From Armatimonadota bacterium (GTDB lineage: Bacteria > Armatimonadota > SYMT01), in NCBI GenBank assembly GCA_046292385.1, contig JBKBRF010000003.1, positions 242,231 to 306,230 of the forward strand: 64,000 nucleotides of DNA. Direction: 5' to 3'. The position numbers and the translations under genes are program-made. Within the stretch, counting starts at the first letter, position 1. Each line of letters starts with the position of its first letter. The notes beneath the pieces were generated by a model that saw nothing but the letters and a program-made list of their open reading frames with translations, did no database searches and was not told the origin of the DNA. Positions 48,814-58,060 of the stretch are shown here, piece after piece.

Positions 48814-50940
48814 ATGAGTGTCACCGTTCCGCCGAAGAAGTCGGCCCGCCTGCAGTCCGGGGCGGGGCTGCGCTACGTGGCGCTGGCCGGAAACCCGAAC
48901 TGCGGTAAGACCACCCTCTTCAATGCCCTCACCGGCCTGCGCCACCGCGTGGGCAACTACGCCGGCGTCACCGTAGAGCGCCGGGAAGGCCGCGTCACCG
49001 GCTCCGAGATCACGATCCTCGACCTGCCCGGCACCTACAGCCTGGTGGCGCGCTCCCCGGACGAAGAGATCGCGCGCGACGTGCTGCTCGGCCGCTACCC
49101 GCCCTCCCCGGAGCTGGTGGTGGTGGTGGTCGACGCCAGCAAGCTGGAGCACAGCCTCTACCTCGCCACCCAGGTGATGGACCTCGGCCTGCCGGTGGTG
49201 CTCTGCCTCAACATGGTCGACGTGGCGGAGCAGGTCGGGCTGCAGATCGACGTCGCCACGCTGGAGCGCGAGCTCGGCGTGCCGGTAATCGCGACCGTTG
49301 CCGCGAAGAAGCGGGGGCTGGAGAAGCTGACCGCCCGTCTCCACGCCGCCCCGCCGCCGCTGCCGGTGCGCCGCTGGCGCCTGCCGGACGCGATGAAGGC
49401 GGAGGTGGTGGAGCTGGCTCACGTGCTGGTGGATGAGAAGCTCTGCTCGCCCGAAGGTGCCTTTTTCCTGGCGCTCTCGCTCCTCTCAGAGCCGGGAGAC
49501 CCGGTCGGTGCGGCGGAGACGGCGGTGGAGAACCCGCGCGTTCGCCTCCTGCTCGACGGCGCGAAGGCGCGCCTGGAGACGGCGGGCGTCGACGCGCAGT
49601 CCGCCCCGGTGGAAGCGCGCTACGAGTGGATCCAGGAAGTCTGCGCCCGCGCCACCTCGCAGGGCGAGATCCCGGTCACCTGGAGCGACCGGGTCGACCG
49701 CGTCGTGACCCACCGCTTCTGGGGCTTCGTCGTCTTCTTCGCCCTGATGGCGTTCATGTTCCAGGTGATCTTCACCTGGTCCGAGCTCCCGATGGGCTGG
49801 ATCGAGAGCGCGCAGAATGCCGTGGCCAACGCGGCGCGGAGCTCGATCCCCGAGGGCGACCTCCAGAGCCTGGTGGTCGACGGCATTATCGGAGGCGTGG
49901 GCGGCGTGCTCGTCTTCCTGCCGCAGATCCTCTTCCTCTTCTTCTTCCTCGGCTTGCTGGAAGACAGCGGCTACATGGCGCGGGCCGCGTTCGTGATGGA
50001 CCGCGTCATGAGCAAGGTGGGGCTGCACGGCAAGAGCTTCATTCCGCTGCTCAGCTCCTTCGCGTGCGCCATTCCGGGCATCCTGGCGACGCGGACGATC
50101 GAGAACAAGCGGGACCGGCTGGTCACCATCCTGGTGGCGCCGCTGATGAGCTGCAGCGCCCGGCTGCCGGTCTACACGCTGCTCATCGCCGGCTTCATCC
50201 CCAACGTCCTGCTCTGGAGATTCGTTTCGCTGCCGGCGCTGGTGATGGTCTCGCTCTACATCCTGGGCGTCGTCGCGGCACTGGGGATGGCGGCGCTCTT
50301 CAAGAAGACGCTCTTCAAAGGCGAGGCGCCGCTCTTCCTGATCGAGCTGCCGCCCTACCGGCTGCCCTCCGCGCGGACCGTGGTGCTGCAGACCTGGGAG
50401 CGCGCCTCGCAGTTCCTCAAGCGCGCCGGCACCGTAATCCTCGCCATCAGCATCCTGCTCTGGGCGGCGATGAATTTCCCCGGCAGCCGGGAGCAGTCGC
50501 CTTCGGAGCGGCTGAAGCACAGCATCGCCGGCCGCGTCGGCCACGTGCTGGAGCCGGTGATCCAGCCGTTCGGGATGGACTGGAAGGTCGGCATCGGCAT
50601 CCTCGGCTCGTTCGCGGCGCGAGAGCTGTTCGTCAGCACCATGGCGATCGTCTACAACGTGGAAGAGGAAGACGAAGAGAAGCAGTCGGTGACGGTGCGC
50701 GATCAGATGCGCGCCGAGCGCGACCCGGTCACCAACGCACCGCGCTTCACCGCCCTCTCCGCCGCGGCGCTGCTCGTCTTCTACGTGCTCGCCATGCAGT
50801 GCGTCGCGACCATGGCGGTGGTGCGCCGGGAGACGGAGAGCTGGAAGTGGCCGCTCTTCCAGTGGGCCTACATGTTCGTGCTCGCCTGGGTCGGCGCCAC
50901 CCTGGTCTTCCAGCTCGGGCGCCTCTTCGGGCTCGGGTGA
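48814..50940 (+). CDS. feoB: Ferrous iron transport protein B
   Basis: GNPNCGKTT, NY.GVTVE, DLPGTYS, NM.D, EDSGYMAR, SCSAR, ELPPYR. Confidence 0.97.
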   Translation: MSVTVPPKKSARLQSGAGLRYVALAGNPNCGKTTLFNALTGLRHRVGNYAGVTVERREGRVTGSEITILDLPGTYSLVARSPDEEIARDVLLGRYPPSPELVVVVVDASKLEHSLYLATQVMDLGLPVVLCLNMVDVAEQVGLQIDVATLERELGVPVIATVAAKKRGLEKLTARLHAAPPPLPVRRWRLPDAMKAEVVELAHVLVDEKLCSPEGAFFLALSLLSEPGDPVGAAETAVENPRVRLLLDGAKARLETAGVDAQSAPVEARYEWIQEVCARATSQGEIPVTWSDRVDRVVTHRFWGFVVFFALMAFMFQVIFTWSELPMGWIESAQNAVANAARSSIPEGDLQSLVVDGIIGGVGGVLVFLPQILFLFFFLGLLEDSGYMARAAFVMDRVMSKVGLHGKSFIPLLSSFACAIPGILATRTIENKRDRLVTILVAPLMSCSARLPVYTLLIAGFIPNVLLWRFVSLPALVMVSLYILGVVAALGMAALFKKTLFKGEAPLFLIELPPYRLPSARTVVLQTWERASQFLKRAGTVILAISILLWAAMNFPGSREQSPSERLKHSIAGRVGHVLEPVIQPFGMDWKVGIGILGSFAARELFVSTMAIVYNVEEEDEEKQSVTVRDQMRAERDPVTNAPRFTALSAAALLVFYVLAMQCVATMAVVRRETESWKWPLFQWAYMFVLAWVGATLVFQLGRLFGLG

Positions 50941-50965
50941 CGCCCGGCAGCACAGGAGCGGGACC

Positions 50966-51169
50966 ATGCCGTGGGACCAGATCCTCGTTTTCCTGATTGT
51001 CGCCGCGGCGGCGGTCTACCTGGTCTGGCTGCAGCGCCGGAAGAAGTCCGGCTGCGGCGGCTGCTCGCAGGCGTGCGGGACCCCCGCCCGCACCGGCGAG
51101 CCGGCCTCACCGGCTGCCGAAGAGCTGGTGCAGATCGACGCTTCCCCCCGTCCTCGCGTCCGCCCCTAA
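50966..51169 (+). CDS. FeoB-associated Cys-rich membrane protein
   Basis: Single TM followed by KKSGCGGCSQAC, directly after feoB. Confidence 0.85.
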   Translation: MPWDQILVFLIVAAAAVYLVWLQRRKKSGCGGCSQACGTPARTGEPASPAAEELVQIDASPRPRVRP

Positions 51170-51188
51170 CCACCGGCTTCCCATAGTC

Positions 51189-51250
51189 TTTAGCCGAGGC
51201 TAAAAAAATGCGCTCAGGCAGGTGACGGCTCCTATTAGCCGTGGTATAAA
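51189..51250 (+). promoter_or_regulatory. Palindromic operator and extended -10 upstream of the prepilin gene
   Basis: TTTAGCC-GA-GGCTAAA at 51189-51204; related ATTAGCCGTGGTATAA at 51234-51249 overlaps TGgTATAAA. Confidence 0.55.
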
Positions 51251-51397
51251 GCTTCCGAATGGCGTGAGAGCGCTCTGCGTTCAGGCAGCCACCCACTTAC
51301 GGAATTCGGAAGCTCCCGGCTCGCAGCCCGGGAGACGCGGAGCCAGGCCGGCGTAAGGCATCTCGCTCCGAGCACGGGCCCGAGGAGTAACCCAGTC

Positions 51398-52135
51398 ATG
51401 TTCACCCTGCGCCGGCGCGCGTTCACCCTGATCGAGCTGCTCGTGGTGATCGCGATCATCGCCATCCTCGCCGCGATTCTCTTCCCCGTCTTCGCCCAGG
51501 CCCGGGAGAAGGCCCGCTCCGCGGCGTGCCTGAGCAACCTGCGGCAGATGTCGACCGCCATCGCGATGTACGTCCAGGACTACGAGGCGTATCCGCTCTA
51601 CTCGTCGGGCCCGGATCGGTGGCACAGCCTGCTGCAGCCGTACATCAAGAACGGCGGCATCTTCCTGTGCGGCTCCAGCAGCATCTCGCGGTACCACGTC
51701 CGCAACATGGGCTACGGCTACAACCACCAGTACCTGGCCCGCTCGCTGGATCGCGGGGGCACCGGCTCCGGGGCTTACGAGGCGCAGATCGAGTACCCCG
51801 CGGACACGATTGCGATCGCCGACTCCCTGGGCACCGCCGGGTGGACCCAGAGCCCGCAGCCCTGGAGCGACCAGGTGAACGAGTGCAACCGGATCGGCAA
51901 CCACGGCTACACCATCGATCCGCCGCTCCTCCCACCCGGCAGCAAGTGGGGCACGAGCTGCGCCGTGTCCAACCCGCTCCCCGGCTATCCGGGTCCGGGT
52001 CACACCCGCATCGACACCCGCCACAACGGCGGCGCGAACGTCGCCTTCTGCGACGGTCACGCCAAGTGGATGCGCCGCGAGCGCCTGGAAACGGACAACC
52101 GCTACTGGAACGGCCGCCTGCAGCCGAACCCGTAG
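51398..52135 (+). CDS. Prepilin-type N-methylation / DUF1559-like protein with H-X9-DG motif
   Basis: AFTLIELLVVIAIIAILAAILFPVFAQAREKAR...C.SNL.Q...MY.QDY; C-terminal RHNGGANVAFCDGH.K. Confidence 0.93.
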   Translation: MFTLRRRAFTLIELLVVIAIIAILAAILFPVFAQAREKARSAACLSNLRQMSTAIAMYVQDYEAYPLYSSGPDRWHSLLQPYIKNGGIFLCGSSSISRYHVRNMGYGYNHQYLARSLDRGGTGSGAYEAQIEYPADTIAIADSLGTAGWTQSPQPWSDQVNECNRIGNHGYTIDPPLLPPGSKWGTSCAVSNPLPGYPGPGHTRIDTRHNGGANVAFCDGHAKWMRRERLETDNRYWNGRLQPNP

Positions 52136-52136
52136 G

Positions 52137-52342
52137 GGGTGTAAGAAAAGGGGATGGGGGGATTTTGGGGGAGATGTGGGGATGAATACCCGCTGTCTCC
52201 CCTGATGAAATCCCCTGCGGCCCCGTGGCGCGCGTCAGGCCGGCGAGTTCTGCACTGTATACTCAGTCCGGCAGCGTAGGTTCAACTGGACCGAAACATC
52301 CCCTTATCCCCAGTTCATCCCCACATCTCCTTTCTTACACCC
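52137..52342. mobile_element. MITE-like element (206 bp, 12-bp terminal inverted repeats)
   Basis: GGGTGTAAGAAA ... TTTCTTACACCC with subterminal GGGGAT repeats. No ORF and no clear target-site duplication. Confidence 0.55.
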
Positions 52343-52408
52343 TCCCACGCGCAAGGCCGATCTGCCGAGAATAGCAGTGTGGTAGCTCGACGCGGTGGAG
52401 GTGTACTG

Positions 52409-53086
52409 ATGAGGTTCCGGGTTCTCCCCTGGGTGGCGCTGGCGCTCGCGGTTTCGGCGGCGGGTGGGGCACTCGCGCAGATCCTGCCGAAAGACGCGGC
52501 CGATCCGATCCGGGTCACCCACTCCAAGGGTGAGTTCGCGCAGAAGCTGAACGGCCTTGCGATGCCGACCGGCAAGGGCTGGAAGGCGGCGATGGACAGC
52601 GAGCGGCTGCTCCAGCTGATGATCCCCGAAAAGTGGAAGGTGGAGAACGTCCCTTCCGGCGAGCTGGTGCTGCGCGCCTATCCCCCGGGCCAGGAGAAGA
52701 AGGCGAAGGCGGTGCTGCAGGTTACCTTCACCGTCCCGCGCGACGCCGACCCGTTCTCCGTGGACGAGGATTTCGCGGAGAGTTACGCGGAGGATCTGGG
52801 CCAGGACCCGATGTTCCAGCGGCTCCAGTACCGCGTCACCGACAGCGGCTTTGTGCTGGCCCGCGGGATGAAGTTCGCGCTGGCCGGCGGCATCCTGAAC
52901 AGCCGGGGCAGCCGCGTCCAGCAGGAGCAGCTCCTTTACATCGCCGAGGACCGGATCGTCTCGATCCACTTCACCGCGGAGGAGAAGGAGTTCCCCAAGT
53001 ACGCGGACGACGTGGCGAAGATCTTCGCCAGCTATCACACGCTGGGCGTCCGCAAGCTGACCGAAGAGCCGCCCGCGCTTCCGTAG
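52409..53086 (+). CDS. Exported hypothetical protein (possible PsbP/DcrB-like fold)
   Basis: GGAGG RBS and signal peptide; IP..WKV and C-terminal IFASY pattern. Confidence 0.75.
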   Translation: MRFRVLPWVALALAVSAAGGALAQILPKDAADPIRVTHSKGEFAQKLNGLAMPTGKGWKAAMDSERLLQLMIPEKWKVENVPSGELVLRAYPPGQEKKAKAVLQVTFTVPRDADPFSVDEDFAESYAEDLGQDPMFQRLQYRVTDSGFVLARGMKFALAGGILNSRGSRVQQEQLLYIAEDRIVSIHFTAEEKEFPKYADDVAKIFASYHTLGVRKLTEEPPALP

Positions 53087-53090
53087 CCCG

Positions 53091-53897
53091 ATGCGGACCC
53101 CTCTCCGTCTCCCCACGCGGCTGGGCGCCGCGCTGCTCGGCTCGCTCCTTGCGGCTGCCGCCGTCGCCGCGGCGCCCACGCCGCTGCCGCGGGCGCACGC
53201 GCACAACGACTACCTCCACGCCCGCCCGCTGCTCGACGCGCTGGAGCACGGCTTCTGCAGCGTGGAGGCGGATATCCACCTGGTCGACGGCGAGCTGCTC
53301 GTGGCGCACGACCGCGACCAGGTCCGTCCCGAGCGCACCCTCCGGGCGCTCTACCTGGAGCCGCTCCGCCGCCGGGTGCGGGAGAACGGCGGCCGCGTCT
53401 ACCGGGGCGGCCCCGGCTTCACGCTGCTGATCGACCTGAAAGGGGAGGCGGAGCCGACCTACGCCGTGCTGCGCCCGCTGCTGCGGGACTACGCGGAGAT
53501 GCTCACCCGGTTCCGTCCGGACGAGACCCGCGAAGGCGCCGTCACCGTCATCCTCTCCGGCAACCGCCCCCGCGCCGCGCTCGAGGCGGAGCCGGAGCGC
53601 TGGGCCGCGCTCGACGGGCGGCTCCCCGACCTCGGCACCGGCGTCTCGCGGCACCTGGTGCCGCTGGTGAGCGACAACTGGCGCGCGCACTTCACCTGGC
53701 ACGGCGAGGGCCCGCCCCCCGCCGCGGAGCGAGCCCGCCTGCGAGAGCGGGTCGAGCGCGCCCATCGCGAGGGCCGGCGGATCCGCTTCTGGGCCACGCC
53801 GGATCTCCCCGCCGCCTGGAAAGAGCTGGACGAGGCCGGCGTCGACCTCGTCAACACGGACGACCTCCCCGGCCTCTCCGCGTTCCGCCGCCGCTAG
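53091..53897 (+). CDS. Exported PI-PLC/GDPD-superfamily phosphodiesterase
   Basis: HAHNDY, GF.SVEADI, LLVAHD, LLIDLK, RFWATPD...GVD..NTD. Confidence 0.88.
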   Translation: MRTPLRLPTRLGAALLGSLLAAAAVAAAPTPLPRAHAHNDYLHARPLLDALEHGFCSVEADIHLVDGELLVAHDRDQVRPERTLRALYLEPLRRRVRENGGRVYRGGPGFTLLIDLKGEAEPTYAVLRPLLRDYAEMLTRFRPDETREGAVTVILSGNRPRAALEAEPERWAALDGRLPDLGTGVSRHLVPLVSDNWRAHFTWHGEGPPPAAERARLRERVERAHREGRRIRFWATPDLPAAWKELDEAGVDLVNTDDLPGLSAFRRR

Positions 53898-54056
53898 CTC
53901 CGTTCAGTTCGGAAGGCGACTCCGGCTGGCGGGCGCACCTGATTCCAGGCTTACAGGTTGCAGGTTAGCGCCCCGTAGCGCGGGGTTCGGAACCTGCAAA
54001 CCTGTAACCTGCAGATCTGCCAACAACCGTCCGAGGCACGAAGCACCCGGCGCGCG

Positions 54057-54212
54057 TCAGATTCGCGCCCGGTTCGTGAACATGCTGACCACGAACAGCA
54101 CCGCCGCGATCACCAGGGCGATGTGAATCAGCCCGCCTACCAGGTCGAGCGCCAGCCCGACGATCCAGAACACCACCAGCGCAGCGATAATCCACCAGAG
54201 AATCGCGCCCAT
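54057..54212 (-). CDS. Small membrane protein, lmo0937-like
   Basis: 51 aa with two hydrophobic segments and GGLIH.. motif; AGGAGG RBS; upstream GATT-N16-GGGTAA. Confidence 0.8.
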   Translation of the reverse strand: MGAILWWIIAALVVFWIVGLALDLVGGLIHIALVIAAVLFVVSMFTNRARI

Positions 54213-54356
54213 CTCCGTCACCTCCTGCGGGGGTCTTACCCGGCTGCTCGTTCCGGCAATCGGGGCGGGCTCCAGGTTCCTGTCACACCACCGCAACCTT
54301 TCCGCTCGCGCTTCGTTCAGAACGGGAAGAGAGGTGCCACACAAGAGGAGCTGACG

Positions 54357-55478
54357 ATGCCTCGCCCCTACCGTTTCCTGCTGGCCGCCTGGGGGGCGGC
54401 CCTGCTGCTGGCGGCCGGCGCCGCGCGAGCCGCCGGCCAGGCCCCGGACGCGCCGAACGGCTATCCGGAGCTGCTGAGCGCCGCGAAGCTCCTGGAGGAG
54501 AGCCGCTGGTTCCGGGAGGCGCTGCAGCCGGGCGCCACGCTCTCGCAGAAGCGGCGCGCCGTGGCGGACCGGGAGGTGAGGGAAGCGCTGGCGCTCCTCC
54601 GTCGGGGGCTCGACCGCCCCGTCTTCCCGCCGGAGCCGCGGACGGAGGAGGCGGCCCTGGGCGAGCTTTCGAGCCTGCGGTCGCTGGGGCGGCTCGTCAT
54701 GCTCCAGCAGTATGTGCTGCTGGCAGACGGCCGGGTGCAGGACGCGCTCCACACCGCCCGGCTCGGCCTGCGGCTGGGCCACGCCGTGAAGGCGCAGAGC
54801 CTCACCGGAGGCCTCGTCGGAATCGGGATCAGCTCCGGCGGCATCCGGGAGATGGGCAAGCACCTGGCACAGCTCTCTGTGAGCGACTGCCGCCTGCTCA
54901 GCCAGATCTGCGCCGAGTGGCTGGCAAAGCCGGATCCGCTCCCCGGGATGCTGGAGGCGGAGTGGCAGAAGGTGCGGCGGAACCTGGCGGAGCAGCAGAA
55001 GATGGCCGCCGCGGCGGCTCCGGACACCGCGGCGCAGGCCCAGGCGCTCTTCGCCGGCATCGAGAAGGAAGCGGAGGGGGTCTTCCAGCGGCTGCACGCG
55101 GAGCTGCGCAAGCCGGCCTGGGAGCGGAAGCCGCTGGAGCTCCCGCAGGGCGACTCTCCCGGCGCCGCGGTGGCGGCGCTCCTCGTGCCGGTGGTCGAGA
55201 ACGCGATGGAAGGGTTCGCGCGGGAGGAGGCGTATGTCCGGCTCCTGGCGGTCCACGCGGCGATCCTGAGCTACCGCTGGGAGCAGAACAAGCTGCCGGC
55301 CGCGCTGGCGGAGCTGAACCTCGGCGCGCTCGCCCTCGACCCGTTCAGCGGCCAGCCGTTCCAGTACAAGACGCTGAACCCGCGCCGCTACGAGCTGCTG
55401 AGCGCCGGCCCGAAGGCGAAGGCCGACGACCCGAACGCCGTGAACGGCCGCGTACCGCTCTCGGTGGTACCGGAGTGA
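54357..55478 (+). CDS. Exported protein with pseudopilin(GspG)-like C-terminal motif, paralogue 1 of 4
   Basis: Signal peptide; NGYPEL; YRWE..KLP..LAEL.....DPFSGQPF.Y.....Y.L.SAGP. Confidence 0.82.
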   Translation: MPRPYRFLLAAWGAALLLAAGAARAAGQAPDAPNGYPELLSAAKLLEESRWFREALQPGATLSQKRRAVADREVREALALLRRGLDRPVFPPEPRTEEAALGELSSLRSLGRLVMLQQYVLLADGRVQDALHTARLGLRLGHAVKAQSLTGGLVGIGISSGGIREMGKHLAQLSVSDCRLLSQICAEWLAKPDPLPGMLEAEWQKVRRNLAEQQKMAAAAAPDTAAQAQALFAGIEKEAEGVFQRLHAELRKPAWERKPLELPQGDSPGAAVAALLVPVVENAMEGFAREEAYVRLLAVHAAILSYRWEQNKLPAALAELNLGALALDPFSGQPFQYKTLNPRRYELLSAGPKAKADDPNAVNGRVPLSVVPE

Positions 55479-55487
55479 GGTGTCGCC

Positions 55488-56750
55488 ATGCGCTTCTTCC
55501 TGGCCTTCCTGATCCTCTCGCTCGGCGCGGCGGAAGCTAGCTTCGCCCAGGGCGACTCCGCCCGCCCGTCGACGGTCTTCGAACAGGTAATCGGCCGGCC
55601 GACCGGCCAGAACGGCTACGAGGAGCTGGTGCTGGCGGGCGAGCGGGTTCGGTCGAGCCGCGCCTGGCGCGACGCGGAGCTGGCCGGCGCGGGCGCCACC
55701 CTCACGCAGAAGCGGCGCGTCCTGGCCGACCGCCCGGTCCGGGAGGCGCTGGCGCTGCTGCAGGCGGGCCTGGCGAAGCCGATCCGGTCTCCGCGTGGGG
55801 AGCTGAACCTCGCCACTGTCCTTCCGGAGTACTCCCTCTTCCGCAGCCTGGCCCGGATGCTCGTGCTCCGCACGCAGGTGCTGGTGGCGGACGGTCAAGC
55901 GGACGAGGCGGTGCGGAACGTGGAGCTCGGGCTGCGGCTCTCCCGCGCGGTGCAGCAGGAGACGGTGATCTCCGGCCTGGTCGGCATCGCCGTGGCGGCG
56001 CTGAGCGTCCAGGGGATCGCGCCCTACGTGGAGGCCCTTCCCGCCCGGGAGTGCGAGGCGCTCTTCCAGGCCTGCACCGCCTGGCTGAACGACCCGTCGC
56101 CGCTCCTGCGCATCCTGGAGGCGGAGCGCCGGATGCTGAAGACCTCCATGGCGATGCTGCGCGCCGAGACCGACGCGAACGGCCCCGGCGCCCTGCAGGG
56201 CTGGATCACCACGGTCTTTAATCCCAGCGTCGAAGACACCGACGACTCCCAGAAGCTCCGCCGGCTCGCCGCGGACCTGCAGTCGACTTACGGCGGCTCG
56301 CCGCAGCAGCTTGCCGAGTTCTACCGCCGGATGGAGGGCCAGATCGACCGCTACTTCGACGCCCTGGTCGTCGAGGCAAAGCGCTCCCGCTGGGACGCCG
56401 CCCCGCCCCGGCTGCCGGAGGAGACCCCGCTCGATCGGTGGCTGGCGCGGATGGCCCCGGCCATGGACCGGCTCTTCGAGCGGTACAGCACGGAAGACGC
56501 CTACGTGCGGCTGCTGGCGGTCCACTGCGCCCTCCACCGCTTCCAGTGGGAGCAGGATCGTCTCCCGGACACTCTGGCGGAGCTGGGACTGCCGCAGCTC
56601 TGCGTTGACCCGCACACGGGTGAGACGCTGGGGTACGAGCGGCTCGGCAGCCGGAGCTATCGCCTCACGAGCGCCGGCAGCCGCGCGGAGCCGGACGACC
56701 CGAAAGCGGTCAACGGCCGCCGCCCCATCCTGCTCGGGCCGGGAGGGTAG
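55488..56750 (+). CDS. Exported protein, paralogue 2 of 4
   Basis: Signal peptide; PTGQNGYEEL; FQWE.DRLP..LAEL...DPHTG...Y.L.SAG. Confidence 0.82.
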   Translation: MRFFLAFLILSLGAAEASFAQGDSARPSTVFEQVIGRPTGQNGYEELVLAGERVRSSRAWRDAELAGAGATLTQKRRVLADRPVREALALLQAGLAKPIRSPRGELNLATVLPEYSLFRSLARMLVLRTQVLVADGQADEAVRNVELGLRLSRAVQQETVISGLVGIAVAALSVQGIAPYVEALPARECEALFQACTAWLNDPSPLLRILEAERRMLKTSMAMLRAETDANGPGALQGWITTVFNPSVEDTDDSQKLRRLAADLQSTYGGSPQQLAEFYRRMEGQIDRYFDALVVEAKRSRWDAAPPRLPEETPLDRWLARMAPAMDRLFERYSTEDAYVRLLAVHCALHRFQWEQDRLPDTLAELGLPQLCVDPHTGETLGYERLGSRSYRLTSAGSRAEPDDPKAVNGRRPILLGPGG

Positions 56751-56752
56751 TC

Positions 56753-58060
56753 ATGGTCAGCCGGGCGAGGTCAATGGTCGTCACGCTCGCGGCCGCCCTG
56801 CTCTGTGGGGCAGCACCTACCTCGGCGGCGCCTAAGCGGCCGGAGCCTGTAAGCCTGCTGCACGCCCTCATTCCCCAACCGACCGGCCAGAACGGCTACG
56901 AGGAGCTGCTCCTGGCCGCAGATCTCCTGCGAGAGGCACGGCTTCTCGAAGAGATCGAAAAGACGAGCTGGCCGCGGCTCTCACTCTATCGCCCGGGACT
57001 GGAGGAGCGTCCGGCACGAGAGGCGTGGCACCTCCTCCGCCGGGGGCTGCGCAAACGGATCATCCCGCCGCCGCCGGACCGGCAGGAGATCCATTTCACA
57101 GCGCACCACCGGGGGCTCATGCGGCTGTCCGAGCTCCTCGTCGCGCGCGTGCGCTTCCTGATGTCGGAAGGCAGGACCTCCGAGGCGGTGGAGACGGTCG
57201 TGCTCGGATTCCAGCTGGGCCAGGCCGTCGAAGAGGGCAGCGCCCTCGGGGCAGTGAATGGCCGCAGCCTCCGGAGCGCCGTCACGGACGGAGTGGCGCC
57301 GTACGTAGAGCAGCTCAGCGCCTCGGACTGCGAGACGCTGCTCCGGCGGGTAGGCAGGTTCATTCCGGTCTCCAGTCCGCTCGAACAGGTCGTCCATGAG
57401 GACTACCGCCAGGCAGCGCAGCGGGTGGTCCAGCTTCGCCGCGACGTGCGCCTCCGCGGGGAGGCGGCCCTCGACGCGCTGGCGCGAGAGGTTCTCCACT
57501 TCAACGTCGAGTTCACCAGCGTCGAGCAGAGCCGGGGCTCGCCCTGCGAAGAGGCGGTCGGAGATCTCTTCCTGCTGGAATTCCCCCGGCAGTACGGCGC
57601 CTCGCTGCCGGAGCTGCTGCGGTTCGTCAACGACCTGGACGCCGCCGTCGCGCAGCGCGCTCAACGACTGCTGGCGCACGCGCGGGAGCCGGGTCGGGAG
57701 CTGGTGCCAATCTGCGATCCGCCCGAGCCGGAGCCGGCCCGGATCATGGCGAGGGAGATGCTGTCGCGGAGCGGCGGCCAGGTCTCCGAAGCGCCGGAGG
57801 AGGAGGTTCCGCCGCGTCTGCTGCTCGTGCACCTGGCGATTCTTCGCTACCGCTGGGAGCACGACCGCCTGCCCAGCTCTCTCGCGGAGCTGAACCTCGG
57901 CGAGCTGGCGATCGACCCGTTCAGCGGACTGCCCCTGGAGTACGAGCCGCTCGGCACGCGCACCTACCGGCTCCGCAGCATCGGACCCCTTCGCAACTCC
58001 CTCCAGCCGGACCGCTACGAGAGGTGCCCGATCTCCCTTGGAGGCGCAGGGGAAGGATGA
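56753..58060 (+). CDS. Exported protein, paralogue 3 of 4
   Basis: Signal peptide; PTGQNGYEEL; YRWEHDRLP..LAEL...DPFSG...Y.L.SIGP. Confidence 0.82.
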   Translation: MVSRARSMVVTLAAALLCGAAPTSAAPKRPEPVSLLHALIPQPTGQNGYEELLLAADLLREARLLEEIEKTSWPRLSLYRPGLEERPAREAWHLLRRGLRKRIIPPPPDRQEIHFTAHHRGLMRLSELLVARVRFLMSEGRTSEAVETVVLGFQLGQAVEEGSALGAVNGRSLRSAVTDGVAPYVEQLSASDCETLLRRVGRFIPVSSPLEQVVHEDYRQAAQRVVQLRRDVRLRGEAALDALAREVLHFNVEFTSVEQSRGSPCEEAVGDLFLLEFPRQYGASLPELLRFVNDLDAAVAQRAQRLLAHAREPGRELVPICDPPEPEPARIMAREMLSRSGGQVSEAPEEEVPPRLLLVHLAILRYRWEHDRLPSSLAELNLGELAIDPFSGLPLEYEPLGTRTYRLRSIGPLRNSLQPDRYERCPISLGGAGEG

